Shown: positions 1 to 25,601, counted from the stretch's first letter. The stretch: DNA of 64,000 nucleotides from Balanoglossus misakiensis (GCA_040954595.2 CM082576.2:14139129-14203128); one strand, 5' to 3'. The notes: generated by a model from the sequence alone, not told the origin. Translations and numbers: made by a program.

Positions 1-148
1 GCATAAAACATTTTAAAAAGGCATTTTCTTTGACTATAAGTTTTGCGTGATATATGACTGTGGTATATGACTAATATATCACAGTCACGTGACGTGTCTC
101 GACCAATAAAATAGCGTGATTTACACCATCAATATACTGGTATAATAT
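1..148. repeat. Dispersed MITE-like repeat fragment, truncated by the window edge
   Basis: Near-identical to the reverse complement of ~30990-31137 (tattataccagtatatt...aaaatgttttatgc). Confidence 0.75.
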
Positions 149-601
149 AATTGCTCGTTCTGAGGGGTACGAATATCATTATCCGATCAGAGTTCGCGTC
201 AGATAGCAGTTGTCTGTGCGCGCATTAACACAGAGTGTGGGATCGATTTGATCCCACTCTCTCTATCCAACACTCGCAGCGGCCAGGAGTGTGAGAAAAA
301 ACAATCTTTAATTGTAAATACAGGGTTATTTCATACTTGACTTGCATTGTATTTTAAGCATGCACCAGTACATGCATGATGGCAACTATGTTAGCATTAT
401 ACATTTACATCCCATCCAAACTATTCCTGTTTTAGATGGCCTTGAAATCCAATAGGTAAGATCTGCAAAGGTCGTATTTGCTCGCAAATGCTTTCTAGTT
501 TTATGACACATTGAGTTTAGTTACATTTTAACCTTTGACATTGGAGATTTCCAGCCCCATTTCTGGTTTTGTAATGATTTTATTTTATTTTTCCCCTAAA
601 G

Positions 602-9691
<9,090 letters not shown>

Positions 9692-10219
9692 AATGTGGCA
9701 AAAAGTTTCAGAGGTAAATTAAGGGTCACGGTCACATAAACAAAATGAAATTTGAATTTTAAACATCACTATCTCCAGACTGTTGCGGTGATAAACACCA
9801 GAAATATCATGAATGGTCATTTTATAAATAATTTGAATGCCAAGACTGGCAGAGGAGGAATTCTTGACATTAACAGAATGTATAATATATCAACCTGGAA
9901 TGACCCTTAAGGATGTACGTTGAAAATTGAAAATATTGTCATTTCTTTTAATTGTTGATTTTGGATTATCCTACGGTGTATGTAAAATGAAAATTCGTGA
10001 TAAAATTAGGGGTCACCGCGCTTGTTTTTTTAAATACAGCGCCCTGAATTTAATCCGTAATAGAAGAAAACTGCTGACTCAGCATTTTTCACCAACGGTT
10101 TGTCTATGGGCAAAATGTTTGACGCAATTTATCTCAAAATAGAGCGCGGACCACACGATTTTATTTAACAAATGAATTTATATTTAGTAATTTACTTGAC
10201 TGAGCTATATAACTAGCCG

Positions 10220-10336
10220 AGGTTGTGTGTGGTCGAATGTTCATTCACTGTATATGTAAAGTAACATAAGCACTGGCTTGTATCAAACATAATAAACTGA
10301 AAAAAGGGCAGTGAGAATGAGACTTTGGCCCTTTAA
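10220..10336. repeat. Dispersed repeat family end ending in TTAA, copy 1
   Basis: gttgtgtgtggtcgaa...cttgtatcaaacataat...gggcagtgaga..gagactttg.ccctttaa is shared with ~12420-12640 and ~14858-15082. Confidence 0.65.
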
Positions 10337-10358
10337 TGATATGAAAACGTTTAGTGTG

Positions 10359-10897
10359 TGTAAGAAAACATGCACTGCGGGCATTAAAATGTCGAAGCTT
10401 CCCGAAAATCTTGTATGGGAGTGTCACAAGACATAGGTATTTAATTGTCATATATATTCCGGAAATATTTGGAAAGTTCTAGAAGGTCATTCAAATGTCA
10501 AGTTGGAATTGGTATGACCCTGTTAGAACATTCGTGAAGTTTTAGAAGTTTCTAGAATGGTTATTTTAGAAAGTTATGTCATATTTTTATGATGTCATAG
10601 TTATTTTTAGTAACGAATTGACTATAAATTTGGAGTTCTGTGAGCAGTTCTGGATTTGTTCTGGAGTCGCGTTGAGCGATTGTACCAGCAGAGTGAATAA
10701 AGTTCACTGGTGTTTTCACGGTGAAGACTTGCTATTGTGATAGCCTGTGTGTTTCCTTCAGTGTTACACCAACCAATGTAAAAGAACCTGGAGGTCACTA
10801 CATTGTGGCAGTCTGCGAATCTACTCCTGACGACAGCGCAACGCTTGTATTGTGACAGGGAGCCAATTTCGTGTACGTCCCCAGGACAGCTCTCACA
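10359..10897 (+). mobile_element. Possible solo LTR
   Basis: TGTAAGA...TCTCACA termini (6 of 7 inverted), TATA-like ctataaat at ~10622 and AATAAA at 10696. No TSD found, so the call is tentative. Confidence 0.35.
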
Positions 10898-11643
10898 TGG
10901 CATTTATAGATAATTACACAAGGGCGTGCTGTATAGAACATACTCTAAAAAAACTGTGAGTCGTGGAAATAGCTGTCCTGCGTTTTACATGGTCCACAGT
11001 GAAGTAAATGGTCCATTACAAGCACTAGGAATGTGCCTTATATAATATAAAATCTAATATACATTTCCTGACAGTAATATCACGGACACACTACACAAAG
11101 CTTGAGTTAATTTTACTTTTAGTGTGGCCTATTGCACTTTAATTATAAACCAATGATCGATGCGAGCTGTGCAAATGAAATAAACGTGTTCTCAGTTATC
11201 AAATCACGTGACTTTCTCTGCATTTTACGAAGAGGTGTGTACATTTTATTGACTCGGACCGTGTCCCATGCGTTTGTGTTGCATACTGTGTATGCTTCCA
11301 GAAGACAACAGTACTGTGTTGTGTTAATGCGAGATTCATACCATACAGCTGGAATTCTTGGATTTCTATTTTTTTACACAAGAAATGTTTTATCCGTGTT
11401 CACACTGGTGTTGTGACTTCTAGATTAAAGATGTTGAGTATTTGAAAACGATATAACCAATTGGGCGCAGTATGTGTCACATGTCCACGTTTGCAAACCT
11501 CGCAAAACAGCCTGTTGTAGAAAGCTTGGAACGTCAGAGAACCGGCGAGTTAAGGCCCATGTATGTCACGCAATTTCATGAGAGTCCACTTTGCCTATAG
11601 TAGCCTGGCATCACCTCGCCTCCCACACGCAGAGTTTGCTGTT

Positions 11644-14600
11644 TTAACACTCTGTAAAGACAGAAAAGAAGAAATTAATACATTATGTTGGTGTGTGACT
11701 GTAGAGTTAAATCAATTGAAAGGTTATGGTCCTTGAGTTTATTAATAAGGTTGCATCATGCCGTACTGAAACAGTTGGAGAAAATTTAAGGTACGTGTGA
11801 TGTGTGATTTTTTTAATGTGTTAATCATACTAATACAGGAGATCCGAACTTCCTATTTCAACGGGGACTTCGATATCTCATTTGTCCATTCATCAAATGC
11901 GACAAATACTGGTTTCATATTTGCTGGCAAAACGGTTATCGACAGTACATATGCAATAATAACTTCAACAATATATGTTTCTTGAAGGGTACACGTACAT
12001 GTACTATGCTAAGGAATACTAAAACCCCAAATGCTTGAATGACACAAAACCGAAACATGACATGTATTGCACCATTACCTTGGTGTTGACATATGTATGG
12101 ACGTTTAGAACTACACCATGTATTGTCCCAGCCGTAGTCCCTCCTTTTCCTGAAAGAATAATGATTCGTGAACGATCTAAATGCAATATTGCATATTTCT
12201 TCACAAATTTAAACAAATCTGTCTCAGGTTACCCAACTAGAAAGGTGCATCATTAATTGAGATTTTAAAAATAAAAAAAGTAAAATTGCCATAAAATAGC
12301 TTAGGCTTATGGCTGATTTCGTGAAAATTTGAATATGTCTGATTTAGGTCATATCAACTCTGGCTTAAGTCATTCCTAAGGACATGCATAAAAAAAATCA
12401 AAGTGATGACACGAGTTTGTAGGATATGAGTGTAAAAATCGGGCTAAAAAGAATAAATAGTAAATACCGATTATTCATTTTGGCGAGTTATTCACTCTTG
12501 TGTCTATACGCGGGATGGAAGTTGTGTGTGGTCGAAAGTTGATTCACTATATATCAACATGCAGACTAACGTAAACAGTGTCTTGTATCAAACATAATTA
12601 ATGGGAAAAGGGCAGTGAGAGAGAGACTTTGTCACTTTAAAATAGAGAAAATAGTAGAGTGGATACGCACCAGAGCTGCACACAGTATTGATCGCTGGTT
12701 TCACTTGGATTCCGACGCTCCCAGCCCTGATAGCTAGACGGTCCCAGATAGTCTCCGCCATCCACCCACTGGTAATCCTCCGCAACCTGAGATTGGTTAC
12801 CACCGTTGGACAACCCCACCCAGACGCTGCCGTCCACTGTCGCGTTGACCAGACCCGTCACGCACTTCTCGGTCACCTCGTCTCTAATACTCCAGAAAAC
12901 GCCGCTGGAATTCTCACAGCTCGTCTTCGCCGCGTCCCACTCCGTCAGCTCCGTGTGCAGTGTATATCGCTTGCAGTACACGACGGCGGAGTATGGTTGT
13001 TGGTCTGGAAATAAAAATGTCAACAACAAAATCAGGATAGTCTTGAAAAGCTAAATATAAAGGAATATTGTTAAAAATCGCAGTTCAGGTGTTTACAGTC
13101 AATACCCCATTTCTAACATCCATATTTTATTGACCCCATTTGTTATCCTTAGTTTCTGCAAATATTTAGTGACGTATTATAAAGCTAATTCTTACCTGGA
13201 AATGTTTGACAAATCAACTGACATGTTTGACCGTCGTCTCTGAGTTCGTAGCTCGGATTACAGGAACAATTGACTTGGGACGGACTCTCTTGGTTACAAA
13301 TGTGTTGGCAACCTCCATTATTCACACCACAGGAATAAATATCAGGGCCTGAAATGTGTTGGACGAGAACACAATGCATATGTTATTCACGATAACACTT
13401 CGTACAGGAAGTCTACACACTGAACCATTTTGGGACTGTAGGAAAAATATAATACTGGTAATTATGATCATGGTCAATTAACTGACCCACAAACAAACAA
13501 ACAAACAAACAAACAAACAAACAAACAAACAAACAAACAAACAAACAAACAAACAAACAAACACAGTGATAATGAGTTTTGACAGTAAATGACAAACAAT
13601 GTTCGATATCATATTTTTTCAAGAATCAGGTACTACCTAAGAAGAAAACATTGAAACAAGTGAGTAAAATCTGACAAAGTATAAGTTGGATATAGCATCA
13701 GCTGAGTGTATATCGAGATATGGCTGTGTATGTCATTCTAGGATGGTTTTCGTTGCGATTGCAGTCTGCATTTTCGATGCCTAATAAAATCGTATCCGTG
13801 AGTAAGAAACTGTGGGTTGAGTTCCACAGTTACAATGGCTGCGCCGGCGAACTAAATTCGGGTATTAAGTTGGTCATACAGGAAACCGAAATAACACGAA
13901 AAGAGGTTAGGAGGTTAATGTGGTGACGGTGTTTGCAAAGGTAAAATAAGTGTAAGCCTTTGCAAAGTTGCGCCAGCGTCATTGATATGTAGCAGCTATC
14001 GATTGGCTTCCAAAGTCTCATAGGCATTTGATTGTCTGATGTACTTTCATTTTGTAGTGTGTACACATCGTGATACTCAGTAAACATTAGCGCGATGCTC
14101 TGCATAGGTTAAGACACTCATGTGAAATATGTAGTTCAGTATATACGAAATTTAAATTTGCTTCCGCAGACACGGCCCCAGAAAGTCAACTTCACCAACT
14201 TGCAAGCGTTGCTGTTTTGCTCGGAGCGGGAAACGTATAAATGGATTCGATTTCTATCCCCGCAATCTGACGCTATATATTATTCTCAGTCGATATAAAT
14301 CTTTATTTGCACTGTGATATTGACTTTTACGACACAGTTATTCATTCTGATATTGAGTGATTTTGCGTGATTGGGCAATTATTCGATCGATTCATACAAT
14401 ATGTACACGACGATGGAAAAGGGCTTGTTTAGCAACTCATTCCAAGCGGCCCAGGTTCAACTCACTGTATTCAAAATATCGAATGAATCACAGGGCTTCT
14501 GAAAGGGTGCCTTGTCGGCGGACTCGATATTTTTTTGTATCTTTTGAGTATACAATCGGAAACTTGTTGATGCATTTTCTCCCATTTGAAATCTCAACGA

Positions 14601-16025
14601 CAGGTAATTTTGAGCTATACGTGGAAAATTCTCCATATTTAGCAAAAACACGGTACTTGGATATAGTTCAGACCTTATGAATGTAGATGAATGTTCTGGC
14701 ATTCTGAAATGCAATAATCTTTCGTACAGCACAAACTGAATGCCCGGCCACAGGCGAAACTTGGACAGGTATTCTTAGAGTTTTACTTGAAGTGAGTTAC
14801 TATATATGCAGTGATCCTGTACTGAAGCTACAAGGTGTGAAACGCCGATCAGTGTGTAGGATATGTGAGTAGAAATCTCGCCAAAATGAATAAATGGTAA
14901 ACACCGATTATTCATTTTGGAGAGTTTTTCACTCTCGTGTCATAAAGTGGGATGGAAGTCGCGTGTGGTCGAACGTTGATTCACTATATATCGTATCCAC
15001 ATGTAGAATAACATAAACGGTGTATTGTATCAAACATAATTGATGGGAAAATGGCAGTGAAAGAGAGACTTTGTCCCTTTAATTTGGGTCACACGGAAAT
15101 TAAACCCCTCTCATTTTTAAATCCATATATCTTCCACTTCTTTGCGAGGTTAAGGGGCAAATTGGAACAGGCGTTATTTCTCAGTCATCATGAGCAATCG
15201 ATACTTACGGGCACACATGCATGCCCGAACACAATTAATGTTATATGCGAACTATTTTTATCAAAACAGCAGTCGTTTCATTGCAAACTTTGTAATTTGC
15301 AAATGTTATGATATCTTAACAAAGTGCAAAGAGTTTAGCAGTATTCGTACCTGCAGTAGTGACGTTGCCTTCACGATTGTCAGGATTTTGCCACGTTTCG
15401 ATATTTGTAGGTTGGCTGCCGGCATCTTTCGCTAACGAAGTGGCAGTTGCCGCTACAACAGCGGTAACGGCCATCAGGCCCGCTGACGTCAGAAGAAAGA
15501 TACAGAGGATTCGTCTCCGACGCCGTCTCCTGTCTTCGTTTTGCTAAATCATAAAACAATTATCGTTATTCTCTAATCAGATATAGACCAGTGTATTTGT
15601 ATTACATGTATCGCATTTTGTACTCCAAGAAGACATGAACTTCCCGTTCACACTTGAACGTGAACATGCATGCGATTAATTTTAAAGTGAACGTCGGCAT
15701 GAAAATTCTAAAATACTGGTAAATAAGTGAACACGATACTAATCTATACGCTTAAAGGCAAATGTGAGTTTCGCCGGGCAGGAGTTCAGTGAATGTTCAT
15801 GCAGCAAAATTTTATTATGAATGTCACCCTTTAGCCATGACAAACATCGCATATATACAGCATTGCAGTTAAACAACCAACGCGACGTTTTTTCATGATG
15901 TGTCAGCAGTGTGGGCAAAATGAACCCAGATGTCTGAATGCTATCGAAACAAAATCTATGAAAGAAACGCCGATCCATACCCTTACTGCATCTCCAGTGT
16001 CTTCATGGTGGGCAACCGAGTTCAT
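11644..16025 (-). CDS. Type II membrane protein with EGF-like and C-type lectin domains
   Basis: Exons 16025-15981 (MNSVAHHEDTGDAVR), 15543-15351 (QNEDRRRRRRR, then hydrophobic ILCIFLLTSAGLMAVTAVVAATA), 13348-13196 (CGVNNGGCQHIC..CSCNPSYEL..DGQTC, EGF), 13004-12671 (WDAAKTSC..VWVGL..YQWVDG..YCVQLW), 12149-12079 (WDNTWCSSKRPYICQ), 11651-11644 (EC*). GT-AG and phase-consistent, 267 aa. The terminal micro-exon is the least certain. Confidence 0.8.
12420..12640. repeat. Dispersed repeat family end ending in TTAA, copy 2 (intronic)
   Basis: Aligns by eye with 14858-15082 and 10220-10336. Confidence 0.65.
13490..13562. repeat. (AAAC)n microsatellite
   Basis: Seen directly. Confidence 0.95.
14858..15082. 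repeat. Dispersed repeat family end ending in TTAA, copy 3 (intronic)
   Basis: aggatatg..aatggtaaacaccgattattcattttgg...gagagactttgtccctttaa matches 12420-12640. Confidence 0.65.
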
Positions 16026-18104
16026 TTCTGTTTTGGTTGTGAAGGCGAGCGCGCAAATATTCAAGAAAAGACGAGACCACTTAAGATAGGGATTGCAAGT
16101 TTGTGTGTTGGCCCTTGAATATGTATAACAAAATCAAGTAGGCCTACATGGTTCGCGTGGGCTTGTGCAAGACCTCGGCCTTCACGATGTCGCACGAAAA
16201 TAGTGCTAACGTGTTGATTCGTTCAAAAGAATATTGCAAACGGACATACATGTAGGTGCTACCTTTATCCATATGCTATATGCATACACTATACGTATTG
16301 TGAGCATGCAAAAGCGATGGTTGCAGCCTCAAACATAAAAACATGTCGAGAGCTGGACCGGACCTGCTGAAACTGTCCACAAATTGAAGAGAGAGAGAGA
16401 GAGAGAGAAGTTTTGTAAATAGTTTTCTAATATCGTCATATCATAATATCAAATGTCATGAATGTCGACCATCATGCATCGCTTTTGCCTCGAGTCGGCC
16501 ATTTTCAGCCCGGAGAGTTTTCTCTAGGATAAGCGTTTCCCCAGCTCCAGACCCTCTTTCTGGAGCGCAGCGGAAGAAGCAGAGGAGTCTGGGTAACCGA
16601 GACTAGTCATAGCTATGACAGTAGCTATCTAATTAGTATGACAGAACTCCGTGGCCTCTGTACGCGGTCTGTGTTGTACGGAAGTTATTTTCACGGGTGA
16701 CGTGGTGTATTCTGCGCTGTTACAATTTACTCTGTTGGTCCCATTTGTTTACTCCTTTGTATAAAATGCCGTTTAAAACCCCCTCTCCACTGAAAATTAT
16801 TGCATGGTCACGTGACTTGTTTGCGTCGTTCCGTACTGAAATTGGCTGGAGAAAAATGATGAGACGTGTTGTGCATGATTTCTGTTTATATTAGTCTATT
16901 ATCATAATATTGCATACGGAGACTAAAAATACTACTCAATTTGACGGCAACGACAAGGTAATCGGTAGTGCATATGCAATAATGAAAGATACGCTTTGTA
17001 GGCCCAGGTATACGAGCGCCTGTTGACGCTAACGCCAAAGTAGTACTGTCTTGCTTCAAATGAGCCAATAAACTCTTCCCAATCGTCAGAAATACCATAT
17101 TAAGAATGTTCTCCATGACGCAGAAAAGAATTGTTGTACCATTTCCCACAATCCTAAGTGGGTTTGGCATTTAGTGCTCGTTAAGCTGCCTCAATGCGAC
17201 ATGTTGCCATCCCATAATTCCGTGAGTCACTCTTAAGTGTTGACAGACAAAGCCCGATATATTATAGCCTAAATAAATTGTACTAGTACACGCGTGTGCA
17301 ACTGTGACAGAAAACATTGTTGGAGATAAAAAAAATATATGCTTTAAAAATTTGTTTTATGACTTTTCTTGGTTGTTGGCGGTGGGCACCTGGGGAGTGA
17401 TTTATTCACATTCATATTTTTAACAGGATTGTATGACATTTAATGGGAAATTCAATCAACTTTTACAAACACAGAACAACATGTAAACGGATGCAATATT
17501 TGACAAACTGTCCCCAACTTTAATAAATTCAGGTTGCTCATTCGTGATGAGATGCTATCACATACGTACTTGGTATCAAAAGGTGCGTGGGCAGAAAGCC
17601 TACAGAACTCGTTTGGTGAACTTTGTAAAACGGTAGGGGAAGAACAAACAATATTTCAGTCAGCCTGGCATGTATTGGCATCAGATGACCCCTCCCCTCT
17701 CGTACGAACGCTGGTGTATAATCAGCCATAAAAGAGCAAATCACACGTGTTTCTGAAATTCTGTCTTTCAAACGCGAGTACTTTCGTACCTCGGATCAAA
17801 GCACCGGTTAACCGGTCAACATGTGCGTTAGACCACCTGTCAAGTCACCTGTTATTTATACACTGGAATATTTAAGGGTGCGACATATAGAACAGGCCCT
17901 TTCAATAGATTATTCATACCCTGGTGGTTTCGATTTATCTGTTTACTCTCTGTCCACCACACTGGTGTTAAAGGAATTTTGTCGGGCTAAAGCTACATTA
18001 ACTCAAGCATGAAAATCTAAAAGTACACATCAAATGTTGGCTTGCGTTGTTATTAATATTAAAATGTCTTGCTGGTTTGTGTCATTAAAAAAGGACTGAA
18101 TTCT

Positions 18105-18111
18105 TATAAAA
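18105..18111 (+). promoter_or_regulatory. Candidate TATA box of the CTL-FA58C gene
   Basis: TATAAAA about 100 bp upstream of the signal-peptide ATG at 18207. Confidence 0.45.
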
Positions 18112-18206
18112 GACGCAACTGACAGACGAAAGATTGGTTGGAGAGTCCTTGCAGAGAGTCCGCGTATAAGTGGTTACGTCTGTGAGATCATTCCAGAGTC
18201 TCGACA

Positions 18207-21200
18207 ATGTTTCAAAGAAAACGGTTCGCAGTAATTCTCTTTTGTGTGCTCTCCTTGTTTGAGTTTCCGAAATGTGACGGCCACTTTCAGCAGCACCGTA
18301 AGTATTGAGATTGAGAAAATATTTTGTCTCGTATTTCACATTTTTCTACGCGCGGAAATATGTTACACTTTTAATCGAGCGCAATACCGTTCTCAATAAT
18401 CGAAAATCTCCATCGCGTGTAAACTTGGATTTCACTTTACCTGTCACTGTGCGTTTTTCTTCGTTTGTCGGTCGGCGATTGAGAATGAGTGCGTTTTATC
18501 TGTACTTTTATGTCAACGTTTCAGTTTGTGAAGATGAATGGCATCATTTCAAAGGCAAATGCTACTACGTGTTCCGAGACGAAATTTACCCTTACCAAGA
18601 GGCGAGAGAGGTTTGTACTGGTCTCGGTGGAATGTTGGTTAAGATAAACAACGATCAAGAGCAACTGTATTTGAAAGGTAGGATATTGTACAACTTAACT
18701 AGTTCACTATAGAAATCTTGAGGTTTATACTTGTGTCTCCATCACAATCGCATTGCCCAGTCGTATAAACTTATATTTTTACGATTGTTTCACAATGCCT
18801 TCAAATTACTATGGTTTGCAGTATTTTGACAACTTCATACGTAAACAGTGTCGATGTTCACACTGGGATCAGATACACTATTTGCCATTTGTAAACAGAG
18901 AGGATTACTAGTAATCATTTGACGAGTCGCTTTGTGGCAAAGTTGAAGCATAGAACCTGCATGGCGGTGGGTTCAACAGAGCGCGCGCTGCGAATAGGTG
19001 TTTTACGTTCTCAGGTCTGCCAGGAATACCCGTCTCAAATCTGAAACGTTTCGTAATAGTTTATGCCAGTATTTGAGCTGAGACATTTCAGAATCATTTC
19101 ATTGGTTCCTTTATGAAATAGATTGATTGAATCGTAAGTTTTCTTTGTCGATTTCTCATTTTCCCAGGGTATACGCTATTGAACAGACATCTGTGGATTG
19201 GAGCAACCGACCTTGAACATGAAGGAAGATGGAAGTGGGAAGACGGAACTCCTGTAAGTCTTTACATTATTTGAACCAGCATGATTGTGCCATGTCTCCC
19301 AATTGATGGGATACATTCGTAGAGTGTGGTCGGGATGTCGGTTGATGAAGAGACGGGAACACGCGTAGAGTGTAAATTTAAACGCCGATGAATCATTACA
19401 ATCCAGCACTCAATAATATAATCGGTCGAGTCGTATGGCCGGCCATGTCCGGATCCGCAGCAGCAGTCAACGCTTTTAAATCACATTGTATCAGAAAGCA
19501 TTATTGCAGTTTCGCAAAGCTGATAGAAGATCACACATGAACATAACGCACGCACGCACGAGGTTTCGGTGGGATCTTTGTGAGGTTGCGGTTTTCCGAT
19601 GCAGGTAAGGTGGGGCCGGGTTCGTCGTGGGGCAGAGCTGTCTTGTCACCACGTTTGATAAGATTTTCTCGTCACTGGTTCCGATGGGGTATCGGAGGTT
19701 CCGTGTTTAGATGTGCTGTCGAGCCGGGATCAACTGCATGACGCATGTCTAAACTATATGCCCTAGGTTGAAGCCATCCTCGATCTTTGTGATTTTATGA
19801 AAACGGGAAGCATATACATATATATAATTAAACATTGGCGTATAAACCACAATTGCAACTTATATTCTGTGAGTGTGTTAGCACATTGATCTTAGGGGGT
19901 TTGATTTTTAAAGATGGGTTTACAATTTACAGAGCAAGCATATTCTGTGCATAAGCATCTTCGGTTACCGCGTGCAAGTCCCTCGGGGTATGTTTTTTTG
20001 TGTTAAATTGTGATTTAACCTGCATTCATAGACTAAAGATGCTTTAGATATCTATAGTGAGTCAGAATTTCTCCTTTGACATGAAGTCAACACAGGCCAC
20101 ATTTTGAAGAATTTTCTCTGCGAAGGACTCGGAAACGTAGAGACCTTTACAATGTTGCCACGTAATCGACAACTACGGTGGTAGAGGTGAGAAACATTTC
20201 AATGATAGTCTTGATATAACAGACAGTCCTTATTTTCAACAGGTAACATACTCTTATTGGTACCCTGGACAACCGAATAATGCCGGAAACAACGAACACT
20301 GTGCCCATTTGCACAAAACTTGGAAGGCAAAATGGAACGACGCCCCTTGCACAACTAGTATGGGATTCATTTGTGAAAAGGATACATGTAAGTACGTCTT
20401 TGATTGGTGCTTTCTGAGTCAGTCGAGGAGACCCGGCGAGGCTTTGTAGCTCGACGGGCTTTGCAACAATTAAAGGGGAAATCCGTCGTAGCTGATTTCT
20501 ACATAATTTGGTAGCTTTGATGTCACTCTTTCAGAAAAAAACATATTCGCCATGTATAGGTCGCGCGATTTTTTACAAAATCTAGAGAAAGTTCCAATAT
20601 GGCGTTTACTGTAATTTGAATCATGGGAAAAAAAGCGCCAGGACCAACTTCCGCCCACCTTAGTGTGGGTGATACCATTTTCCGATTGGTGTCACTGCGT
20701 CACAAGCTAAGCGTATTTGCATATTTTCGATGGGTTATAGCTCATGAAAACTGTCAATAGATGACAAATTTTCGACTTTGCTGATGATTGTTTATCAACT
20801 GATGCAAAGAACAAACAATAGCTATGAAAATACGCCTAGTCTGTCGCCCAGTGACACCTATCGGAGAATGGTATCACCCACACCATGGTGGGCGGAAGTT
20901 GGTCCTGGCGCTTTTTTTCCCATGATTCAAATTACAGTAAACGCCATATTGGAAATTCTGCCAACTTTCCCTAGATTTTGTAAAAAATCGCGCGACCTAT
21001 ACATGGCGAATATGTTTTTTTCTGAAAGAGTGACATCAAAGCTACCAAATTATGTAGAAATCAGCTACAACGGATTTCCCCTTTAACTGTTAGGTACATT
21101 GCCGAGAAAAACAAATCAAATAGGTCAAGTTTTAGGGTAGTTTCCGCCTGTATAGAACACCACATCCCGGACACATTCTATCTCTTATCCCAACTCTAAC

Positions 21201-22562
21201 AAGAAGGCGGGAAATATCCGGATTGTATGTCTCAAGAGACTAATTACTGTTCTGGAGACCACCTTGATCTATATGCGTCGATCGAAGTTCCGTTTGATAT
21301 TAAAATTAGGCAGGATAACTATGAAATAGTACCCGTGTACACATTTGGGGGGAGCCATGACAGTTTGAGGTAGGAAAAATGACCCATAAGAGACAGAGAC
21401 TCGAATATTCTTTTCTGTTCAGTGTGCAAAGTTACCGACGTCGGTGTAGAGAGTGGCGCCATTCCAGACTCACAGATGACTGCCAGTAGCTATTACAGTG
21501 GCACAGACATGCCTTACCAAGGAAGACTAAATTATCATGTAACCGGGCGTGCTCATGCTTGGTGTTCAAAAAATAACGCAGTCGGACAATGGTTACAAAT
21601 AGACCTCGGACGTACCAGGAAGGTTGTCAAAGTGGCAACGCAGGTAATGATCTTCCACTGTCGACATTTCTTTGCATTGTGGAAAATTTTCGAGCCCGTG
21701 TCCACCGACTTACGTGAACCAAGCTGAAATAGCTAGTTACACGTATGTGCCTTTTTGAATTTGCCATCGGAGTATATGTCACTTCGGCAAAGCTAAAATA
21801 TTTTCGACTAAAATGTAAACGGTATTCCTTTAAAGATTGCGTATTGTTTAATTATATTTTACCCAGGGACGTGGTGATTGGCGTGATCAGTGGGTCAAAT
21901 CTTACAAATTACGATACATCGACGAATCAACTTGGAAATATCTGACTGATTCTACAGGCAACGAAATGGTACGCTTTAAATGATAAGCCACCGATTTACA
22001 GGCCGCGTGTGTCATCTCTCTCCCCCTCTCTCGTGAGAATGGAAAAAAAGAGAAATATTTCTACGGTTGGTCGTGTTATGGCAGAAGTACTTCGTTGGTT
22101 GGTATACGAAGATGTTTTTGAAAACGGTGTACCTGGACGACAACGTAGAGTTAACTATGCCAACATTTTGCGAAACATGTCCAAGTTTTCTTTATACACG
22201 TGTAACAGTCTTCGAAGTCTTGGAAGAGAATCGATCGGAAAAGACGATAGTTTCATTCTCGCGTTTAAGGCTCAGACATAAAACACTCATGAGGTTTTTT
22301 TCTGGTATATTCTTGTGACTACCTGGATTGCAATATTGTTCACCTATCAGCTATCTTCACAATAAAATGTGCATGTTAACATGAATAAATGTCAAATCTA
22401 TCTTATTCTTCATTACAGTTGTTTTCTGGGAACTATGACAGGAATACAATTGTCTACCACGAGTTCTTCAGAAACGCCTTCATCGCTGAGTACGTTAGAT
22501 TTTACCCGATGACGTGGCACACTCACATTTCCATGCGAGTTGAAGTCTACGCATGTGAATAA
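18207..22562 (+). CDS. Secreted C-type lectin + F5/8 type C (discoidin) domain protein
   Basis: Exons 18207-18297 (signal peptide MFQRKRFAVILFCVLSLFEFPKCDG), 18525-18677, 19168-19253, 20243-20387 (CTLD: CEDEWHHFKGKCYY..WIGATD..EGRWKWEDG..WYPGQPNN..EHCA..WNDAPC..FICEK), then 21423-21643, 21867-21968, 22419-22562 (FA58C: IPDSQMTASS..GRLN..AWCS..QWLQIDLG..VATQGR..WVKSY..FSGNYD..VRFYP..MRVEVYAC*). 313 aa, phase-consistent. AATAAA at 22639. Confidence 0.9.
20474..21082. mobile_element. Foldback MITE with long TIRs and TTAA TSD (Kolobok-like)
   Basis: TTAA|AGGGGAAATCCGTCGTAGCTGATTTCTAC ... GTAGAAATCAGCTACAACGGATTTCCCCT|TTAA; inverted arms exceed 200 bp. Explains the mirror-image ORFs 20470-20658(-) and 20778-21086(+). 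Confidence 0.85.
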
Positions 22563-22673
22563 TGTACAACTAATATTGTGTCGGTTTGTCACCATTTGGT
22601 GATTGCAAATATCTGTTCAAAGTAAAATTTCAGTAAGCAATAAAGTATGATCTTGCATCAGAATTTTAGAACG

Positions 22674-25601
<2,928 letters not shown>

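Noticed and set aside
13415-13437. Possible extra micro-exon of the minus-strand lectin gene (cctacag|tcccaaaatgg)
   Set aside because: No convincing donor, and the model is already in phase without it.
20470-21086. Two ORFs on opposite strands sharing a peptide
   Set aside because: Artefact of the inverted arms of a MITE.
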